DNA from: Armatimonadota bacterium
GTDB taxonomy: Bacteria > Armatimonadota > Zipacnadia > Zipacnadales > UBA5352
Reading direction: 5' to 3'
Length of the DNA: 10,800 nt
NCBI GenBank assembly: GCA_034722055.1
Contig: JAYENL010000104.1
Span: forward strand, 1-10,800
This document shows positions 1-5,448 of the stretch, piece after piece. Positions within the stretch are counted from its first letter, which is position 1. Every line of letters starts with the position of its first letter. The notes beneath the pieces were generated by a model. It saw nothing but the letters and a program-made list of their open reading frames with translations, was not told where the DNA came from and made no database searches. The translations under genes and the position numbers were made by a program.

Positions 1-26
1 GGCGATTCGCGCTGTGTACCGTTCGC

Positions 27-169
27 AGGGGCCGTCCTGAGGCTCCAGCGCCGTTTGCTGGAGCCGAAGCCGGCCCGGCCGTTGGCCCTCCAGGGCGCCA
101 ATTACGACACTTCGCCTGCAGCGGGCCGACTTCGTGCGACTGCCAGGCAGTCGCCCTCAGGCGGCCCCT
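27..169. other. Structured non-coding element (four-way junction), function unknown
   Basis: Complementary segments: 27-42/155-169 (15 bp, one bulge), 41-49/57-65 (9 bp), 66-77/122-133 (12 bp with one mismatch that is G-U on the minus strand) and 136-143/147-154 (8 bp). No credible ORF here. Confidence 0.55.
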
Positions 170-235
170 CCACGGCAAGCGAGCCCCGCCCAACCTGTCT
201 GCAAAGCATAAGCGTACGGCAGGAGTCCAACGGCC

Positions 236-1204
236 TCAGAGCAGGTCGAAGTCGGTGAAGACGCCATCCGCGACGGTCTCAGGGTCGGGCTCGGGGCTCT
301 GCTGGGCGAAGTGCACGGCCTCGTCGATGTCACCCCACACCTGCTCGTCGATGCGCTCGAGCTGCCCGGTGGTGGCGATATCGCGCTCCACCAGGCGGCC
401 CGCAGCGCGCACCAGCGGGTCGCGCTCCCGCCATTCTTGCTCCTCCTGCTCGGTGCGGTAGAGGCACTCGTCGCTCTTGGAATGGCCGCACTGGCGGTAG
501 GTCTGCGCCTCCACGAGAGTGGGGCCGGCCCCGCTGCGCGCGCGCTCGGCGGCGTCGGAGACGGCGCGGTGGACGGCCTCGACGTCGTTGCCATCGCAGT
601 TCACACCCGGGATGCCGTATGCCGCGGCGCGCTCGGCCACGCTGGTCACGCGGAAGGACTCGTCCACGGGCGTGCTCATGGCGTAGAGGTTGTTCTCGCA
701 CAGGTAGATGATGGGCAGCTCCCAGACCGCGCCCATGTTGACGGCCTCATGGAAGGCGCCCTGGCCGGTGGCGCCGTCGCCGAAGAACGCCAGCACCACC
801 CGCCCGGTCCTCAGCAGCTTCTGCGAGAGCGCTGCGCCGGTGGCGATGGGGATCATCCCGGCCGTGATGCCGTGCGAGCCGAGGAAGCCGATGGAGAAGT
901 CGGCCACGTGCTGTGAGCCACCGCGGCCACCGGCGTAACCGGTGGCCTTCCCGAACAGCTCTGCCATCAGCCTGCGGGGGTCGGCGCCCTTGGCGAGGAA
1001 GTGGCCGTGGCCGCGGTGGTTGGAGGTCACCAGGTCATCGGCCGCCAGGGCGCTCACGGCGCCGACGGCCGAGGCCTCCTGGCCGATGCAGAAGTGCGCG
1101 GTGCCCACCACCAGCCCTCGCGCGAACATCTGCTGCACCGCCTCCTCGAAACGGCGGATCAGCAGCATCCTGCGATAGGCCTCCAGCAGCATGTCGGGGC
1201 TCAT
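236..1204 (-). CDS. ThDP-dependent 2-oxoacid/acetoin dehydrogenase E1 component alpha subunit (PdhA/AcoA-like), 322 aa
   Basis: Motifs HFCIGQEA, SNHRGHGH, GRGGSQH, ThDP-binding FFGDGA...CENN and TYRQCGHS. The start MSPDMLL (ATG at 1204) overlaps the upstream TGA as ATGA; the 415-aa ORF extension is spurious. Substrate cannot be determined. Confidence 0.92.
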   Translation of the reverse strand: MSPDMLLEAYRRMLLIRRFEEAVQQMFARGLVVGTAHFCIGQEASAVGAVSALAADDLVTSNHRGHGHFLAKGADPRRLMAELFGKATGYAGGRGGSQHVADFSIGFLGSHGITAGMIPIATGAALSQKLLRTGRVVLAFFGDGATGQGAFHEAVNMGAVWELPIIYLCENNLYAMSTPVDESFRVTSVAERAAAYGIPGVNCDGNDVEAVHRAVSDAAERARSGAGPTLVEAQTYRQCGHSKSDECLYRTEQEEQEWRERDPLVRAAGRLVERDIATTGQLERIDEQVWGDIDEAVHFAQQSPEPDPETVADGVFTDFDLL

Positions 1205-2133
1205 TCGCGCCACTCCTCGAGGACCACCGCGCCGGAGCCGTCCGGGGCCACGGCGGCCAGCGGCCCGCCGCCCTCCTCCGCCAGCATCCCCACGCAGCAG
1301 GCCGCCGACAGCGCCACGGAGGCGCCGAAGGTGTGCCCGCAGGCCTCGGAGGCGTCGATGGTCCGGGCGCGGTCGGTCGCGGCGGCCACGAGCGCCGCCT
1401 CTCCCCCGCGACCGGCCCAGCGCGCCAGGCAGCTCGCACTCACCACCTCGGCGAGAGGCCGCGCGCCGCGACCCGATGCGCACTCCGCGGTCTCCAGGAC
1501 CAGGATGGCCGCCCCCTCGCCCACAGCGCCGGCGAGGTCCCGCTGGCCCATCGCGGCCATGAGCGGGTCGGTCAAGGCCTCGGCGCCGCCCGCGAGCATG
1601 AGGTCGGCGCGGCCGGCGCGGATCATGGTCACGGCGTAATCGATTGCCGCGGCGGCGGAGGCATCGCCCACCGAGTGCGTCATGTTCGGCCCCTGCAGCT
1701 CGTACTCGATCGACGCCAGGGCCGCGGGGGTGTTGATGAAGGCGTGGGTGAAGATCATCGGCGAGCCGAAGCGGAGGCCCTTCTGCTGCACCCGCCCGGT
1801 CATGGTCAGCATGGACTCGGTGGTGCCGAAGGCCGTGCCCAGCGAGAGGCCGAGGCGGTCGCTCTCGAAGCCGGGGTGCTCCGCCTCCTGCCAGCCCAGG
1901 CCGGCGTCCCTCACGGCCAGGTAACAGGCCGCCAGGACCAGGTCGGAGCAGGGGTCCATGTATGTCTTGGGGCTCTCGCGGTAGTCCTCCGGATCGTAGT
2001 CCACCGCCAGGAGCTCCTCCGCAGGCTGCCGCTCCTCCCGCAGCGCCTCGATCAGGGGGGCCACGCCCACGCCAAGGCCGTGAATCGCGCCGACCCCAGT
2101 CACCACGATGCGCGGCGCTTGGGCGCGTGCCAT
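1201..2133 (-). CDS. Beta-ketoacyl synthase-like protein lacking the catalytic Cys (chain-length-factor-like), 310 aa
   Basis: KS N-terminal hallmarks RIVVTGVG, GLSLGTAFG, NTPAA..SIEYELQGPN, AGGAE and GEGAAILVLE. The catalytic loop reads SVGDAS instead of SVACAS, the HGTGT motif is missing and the C-terminal domain is short. The ATG at 2133 overlaps the fabF stop (TGATG). Confidence 0.85.
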   Translation of the reverse strand: MARAQAPRIVVTGVGAIHGLGVGVAPLIEALREERQPAEELLAVDYDPEDYRESPKTYMDPCSDLVLAACYLAVRDAGLGWQEAEHPGFESDRLGLSLGTAFGTTESMLTMTGRVQQKGLRFGSPMIFTHAFINTPAALASIEYELQGPNMTHSVGDASAAAAIDYAVTMIRAGRADLMLAGGAEALTDPLMAAMGQRDLAGAVGEGAAILVLETAECASGRGARPLAEVVSASCLARWAGRGGEAALVAAATDRARTIDASEACGHTFGASVALSAACCVGMLAEEGGGPLAAVAPDGSGAVVLEEWRE

Positions 2134-3338
2134 CAGCTCACCGCCCCCAGCACCACGCAGGCGTTGTTGCCGCCGATGCCAGCGGAGATGGAGATGGCCC
2201 GACTGACCTCGGCCGGGCGGGACTCGTTGGGCACATGATCGAGGTCGCACTCGGGATCCGGCTCGCGGTAGTTGAGGGTCGGCGGCACGATGCCCTCGGT
2301 GATCGCCATGGCGGTGGCGATTGCCTCCGCGGCGCCGGCGGCGCCCATCATGTGCCCCACTGCGCCCTTGATCGACGAGACAGGGATCTCCCACGCCCGC
2401 TCGCCCAGCACGGCCTTGATGGCCTGCACCTCAGCGGGATCGTGCGGCTGGGTGCCGGTGCCGTGCGCGTTGACGTAGTCGATGGTCGCGGGATCGACGC
2501 CTGCGTCCTCGATGGCCTCGCGCACCACCCGCGTCATGCCCGCCCCGCCCTGGTCCGGCGCGGTGATGTGGTACGCGTTGTTGTTCTCCGCCCAGCCGAG
2601 CACCTCGCAGCCGATGTCGGCGCCACGCTCGCGGGCCCGACCGAGCTCCTCGATGACCAGCGCCGCCCCTCCCTCCCCGAAGAGCGTCCCGGAGCGGTCG
2701 GCGGAGAAGGGACGGATCATCTCGTCGGTCATGGTGCGCAGCACGCTGAGACCCGATAGGGGCGTAGGGGCCAGGGCGTCGTGGCAGCCCACCAGCACCG
2801 CCTCCGCCTCGCCGACGCGGATCATGTCCACGGCCGCGCCGATGGCCGCCGCACCCGACGCGCAGGCCACGGACAGCAGGGTGCAGGGCCCGCCGATGCC
2901 GAAGGCCTCGCAGGCGTGCGCGGCGGCGCGACCGAAGGCGAACTCCTGGAAGCTGCCTGGACGCACCTCGCCCTCAAGCAGCCCCGCCACGTACTCCTCC
3001 CACGCGTTGCTGCCGCCGAAGTTCGTGGCGTAGACAGCGCCGAAGGCGGGGTCGCGCTCGCCGCACGGCGCGATGTCCGCGCGGCCGAGGGCCTCCCGTG
3101 CGGCCACGAGCAGGAACTGGGTGGCGAGGTCCGGGGCGGCGTCGAGGCCGAAGTCCGCGGGCTGGAAGTCGAAGTTGCGCACCTGCCCGGCCCTCTCGTT
3201 GCGCAGGCCGTCGGGATCGAAGCGGTCGATGGTGTCGATGCCGCTGCGGTTCTCGATCAACCCCTGCCAGAAGGCGTCGAGATCGTGCCCCAGGCAGGAG
3301 ACCACGCCCATCCCGGTTATCACTGCGCGCCGGTTCAT
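2133..3338 (-). CDS. fabF: 3-oxoacyl-[ACP] synthase II family ketosynthase, 401 aa
   Basis: RAVITGMG, catalytic Cys in SVACASG, RPFSADRSG, GEGGAALV, His in NAHGTGT, and SIKGAVGHMMGAAG give an intact Cys-His-His triad. The C-terminus reads SAGIGGNN instead of SFGFGGxN, so this may be a specialised paralog. Confidence 0.92.
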   Translation of the reverse strand: MNRRAVITGMGVVSCLGHDLDAFWQGLIENRSGIDTIDRFDPDGLRNERAGQVRNFDFQPADFGLDAAPDLATQFLLVAAREALGRADIAPCGERDPAFGAVYATNFGGSNAWEEYVAGLLEGEVRPGSFQEFAFGRAAAHACEAFGIGGPCTLLSVACASGAAAIGAAVDMIRVGEAEAVLVGCHDALAPTPLSGLSVLRTMTDEMIRPFSADRSGTLFGEGGAALVIEELGRARERGADIGCEVLGWAENNNAYHITAPDQGGAGMTRVVREAIEDAGVDPATIDYVNAHGTGTQPHDPAEVQAIKAVLGERAWEIPVSSIKGAVGHMMGAAGAAEAIATAMAITEGIVPPTLNYREPDPECDLDHVPNESRPAEVSRAISISAGIGGNNACVVLGAVS

Positions 3339-3398
3339 GCTTCGCTGGTGTCCTCGGTCGTCTGGTCAGTACTTCGTGAAAGGCTTCGCCGGAACGGC

Positions 3399-3423
3399 GC
3401 GCAGGCGAGGGCGCCTGCGCTAC
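3399..3423 (-). repeat. GTAG-family REP-like palindrome
   Basis: Minus strand reads GTA-GCGCAGGCG-CCCT-CGCCTGCGC: a 5' GTAG (its last G starts the stem), a perfect 9-bp stem and a 4-nt loop. Confidence 0.6.
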
Positions 3424-3438
3424 TGATCCTCTGCCGTT

Positions 3439-3478
3439 CTCCCCCTCTCCGGCACGGAGGGGGGGCCGGGGGGAGAGG
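3439..3478. repeat. C/G-tract hairpin element (CCCCCTCTCC-loop-GGAGGGGGGG-CC-GGGGGGAGAGG)
   Basis: 10-bp stem 3441-3450/3456-3465 with one G-T pair, followed by a second G-rich arm. It resembles the widespread bacterial CCCTCTCCC...GGGAGAGGG intergenic repeat type. Confidence 0.45.
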
Positions 3479-3701
3479 CAGGACCTGTGTCCTAACAGCG
3501 GCGTGCACGGGGGCCCCTGCACTGGTGCTGAGTCTCATCTGAGCTGCTCGCCACGTGCAAGGACGCCTCAGCCGGTGGCCGAGTTCCATGTGGGCCCACC
3601 CGTCACGCCTTTCCGCTCGGGGCTGGACCGTTCCTTCCCAGGGCCCTATGCATTACCCACGTCTTGCGGGAGTCCTGCGACGGAGCAGGGGTTCAGGCGT
3701 G

Positions 3702-3710
3702 TGTTATGCT
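3702..3710 (+). promoter_or_regulatory. Candidate extended -10 promoter, antisense to the fab cluster
   Basis: TG-T-TATGCT lies 5 nt before the structured element at 3716. No good -35 is present. Confidence 0.4.
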
Positions 3711-3715
3711 GGTAA

Positions 3716-3801
3716 GGAGCGGCCGCCTCAGCGTAGCGAGGGTGCCGACTGCGCGGCCGTTTTGCGCAGCCGGCGGGCTCCATCCCGGCCCGGCCGTTTC
3801 A
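3716..3801 (+). ncRNA. Candidate small RNA with cloverleaf-like fold (not a canonical tRNA)
   Basis: Closing stem 3716-3725/3791-3800 and three hairpins: 3726-3741, 3743-3775 and 3776-3790. G-U pairs favour the + strand, and an extended -10 lies directly upstream. Confidence 0.4.
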
Positions 3802-3827
3802 TGTCGTCGCGGCCCGCCATCCCAGGA

Positions 3828-3861
3828 GGTACGGAGTCGCGCTGCGCCTACGCTCCGTGCC
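3828..3861. repeat. Inverted repeat / hairpin
   Basis: GGTACGGAG (3828-3836) pairs with CTCCGTGCC (3853-3861): 9 bp with one T-G pair. No U-tract follows. Confidence 0.4.
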
Positions 3862-3880
3862 GTTATCGCCGTTGGTCGTC

Positions 3881-3922
3881 AGCTTGCGGCTCGCAGCTCG
3901 TAGCTTGTGGCTCGCAGCCGTT
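3881..3922. repeat. Heptamer tandem repeat, consensus RGCTYGY, 5-6 units
   Basis: AGCTTGC GGCTCGC AGCTCGT AGCTTGT GGCTCGC AGCCGTT, immediately downstream of the fabG stop. Confidence 0.75.
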
Positions 3923-3924
3923 CC

Positions 3925-4671
3925 TCACATCCGCAAACCGCCATCCACGGAGATCACCTGACCGGTGACGTAGCTCGCGGCGTCGGAGCACAGCCAGGCC
4001 ACGAGCGGCGCCACGTCCTCAGGGGAGCCGAAGCGGCCCAGGGGGATGCGCTGGCGCATATCCTCCGCGCGGCTCTCGTCCATGTCCGCGATGAGGTCGG
4101 TCTCGATGATGCCCGGCGCCACGGCGTTGCAGGTGATGCCCTGGGCGGCCAGCTCCCGGGCCGTGGACTTGGTGAGCCCCACCAGGCCGGCCTTCGCGGA
4201 GGCGTAGTGGGCGCGCATCACATCGCCCATCAGGCCGGCGTCGGAGGAGATGTTGACGATGCGGCCCCATCGGCCCCGCATCATCTGACGCACGGCGGCC
4301 TTGGTGCAGTTGAAAGCCCCGTCGAGCGAGACGGCGATGACCTCACGCCAGCGCTCGGGGCTCATCATCATCAGGTAGTCGTCGGCGATGATCCCCGCGT
4401 TGTTGACGAGGATATCCAGCCCGCGCAGCTCATCGGCGACGGACGTGACCATGGCCTGGACGGCGTCGAGGTCGGTGACATCGGCCTGCACCGCCAGGGC
4501 CCTGCCTCCCAGGTCCTCGATGGCGGCCACGACCTCGTCAGCGGCGTCGGCGCGCACGCGGTAGTTGACCCCGACCGCCGCCCCGGCACGCGCCAGCTCC
4601 ATGGCGATGGCCCGCCCGATGCCGCGGGATGCGCCGCTGACCAGCGCCGTCCTGTCGCCGAGGTCGATCAT
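3925..4671 (-). CDS. fabG: 3-oxoacyl-[ACP] reductase (SDR family), 248 aa
   Basis: SGASRGIG Rossmann motif, LVNNAGI, NISS, YASAK catalytic motif, APGIIET, IPLGRFG and YVTGQVISVDGG. A GGAGGAG RBS lies in the end of the upstream gene. Confidence 0.92.
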   Translation of the reverse strand: MIDLGDRTALVSGASRGIGRAIAMELARAGAAVGVNYRVRADAADEVVAAIEDLGGRALAVQADVTDLDAVQAMVTSVADELRGLDILVNNAGIIADDYLMMMSPERWREVIAVSLDGAFNCTKAAVRQMMRGRWGRIVNISSDAGLMGDVMRAHYASAKAGLVGLTKSTARELAAQGITCNAVAPGIIETDLIADMDESRAEDMRQRIPLGRFGSPEDVAPLVAWLCSDAASYVTGQVISVDGGLRM

Positions 4672-4675
4672 GGCG

Positions 4676-5194
4676 TCACTCCTCCGCCAGATAGGCGCGA
4701 ACGTGCTCCTCGGTCACCACGCCGGAGACATCGAGGGCCGCCGCCACCTCGTCGAGGGTCACATCGCGATCCCGGGCGAGGCGGCGCGCGGCTGGCGTGC
4801 CGCGCACCTTCTGCCTCCTCTCCCGGCCCTCCCGGCGCGTGCTCGGGATGCGCTCGGGGAGGTCGAGGTCCAGCTCAAGCTCCTCCTCCGCCGCGCGGCG
4901 GTGCTCCTCCATGACCCTCGCGTTGCGCCTCTCGACGTCGTCGGGCGGCTCCTCGTCCGGTCCGCCGATGAAGGCGATGACGTAGCCCACCGGCACGGTG
5001 CTGCGGGGAGGCGCGTAGATGGCCTTGACGATCCCGGAGGACTGGACCTCGTACTCGAAGGTGGCCTTGTCGGTGATGATCTCGCAGAGGCCGTCGCCCG
5101 CCTCCACCGCATCGCCCTCCCGCACCAGCCAGCGGCTGACGGTGACCTCGTCGAGGTTCTCCGCCCACTTCTCGATTATGGCAAGCTCGGCCAT
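4676..5194 (-). CDS. Lipoyl domain + E3/peripheral-subunit-binding domain protein (E2-like, no acyltransferase domain), 172 aa
   Basis: Lipoyl domain WLVREGDAV...EIITDKA (lipoyl-Lys)...GIV...VPVGYVIAFI, a charged linker, then the PSBD TPAARRLARDRDVTLDEV...SGVVTEEHV and a stop. GAGGAG RBS at 5203-5208. Confidence 0.88.
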   Translation of the reverse strand: MAELAIIEKWAENLDEVTVSRWLVREGDAVEAGDGLCEIITDKATFEYEVQSSGIVKAIYAPPRSTVPVGYVIAFIGGPDEEPPDDVERRNARVMEEHRRAAEEELELDLDLPERIPSTRREGRERRQKVRGTPAARRLARDRDVTLDEVAAALDVSGVVTEEHVRAYLAEE

Positions 5195-5390
5195 CAGTCG
5201 TGCTCCTCAGCCCGGCAACCCTCGCGCGGTGGAGATTCGTCATGAACAAGTGCAGCCCCTTCCCTGCAGAGCGCAGGTCAGATCACTCAGATGCGAAGAT
5301 GCAGGGCCGTTCCGCGAGCGCGCCCGCAGACGCCCGCCTTGCTGCCCGACCTGTCCCGGATGGCGAGCGGAGCCGCAGGGTCAGGGAACC

Positions 5391-5419
5391 TTTTCGTGGC
5401 GGAGGGATTCCGTTACAAT
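5391..5419 (+). promoter_or_regulatory. Candidate sigma70-type promoter for the DUF5060 gene
   Basis: TACAAT -10 at 5414-5419, with a weak TTTTCG at 17-nt spacing. A GAGAGGAG RBS precedes the ATG at 5449. Confidence 0.45.
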
Positions 5420-5448
5420 AGCGCAAGCCGATCCGAGAGGAGAGCGAT

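Noticed and set aside
37..69. Hammerhead-like CTGA-stem-GAA pattern
   Set aside because: Lacks the required CUGANGA and GAAA core.
3335..3589. 84-aa minus-strand ORF just upstream of fabF, ACP-sized
   Set aside because: Basic and Pro-rich with no phosphopantetheine GxDS motif. It reads through repeat hairpins.
3716..3801. Canonical tRNA, tRNA-Sec or tmRNA fragment
   Set aside because: No TTCRA T-loop, no GG in the D-loop, no 7-nt anticodon loop and no CCA. Kept only as an unknown RNA candidate.
913..4914. Long plus-strand ORFs (913-2238, 1962-2759, 2781-3542, 3907-4914)
   Set aside because: Shadow frames opposite well-supported genes, with Arg/Gly/Pro/His-rich, motif-free translations.
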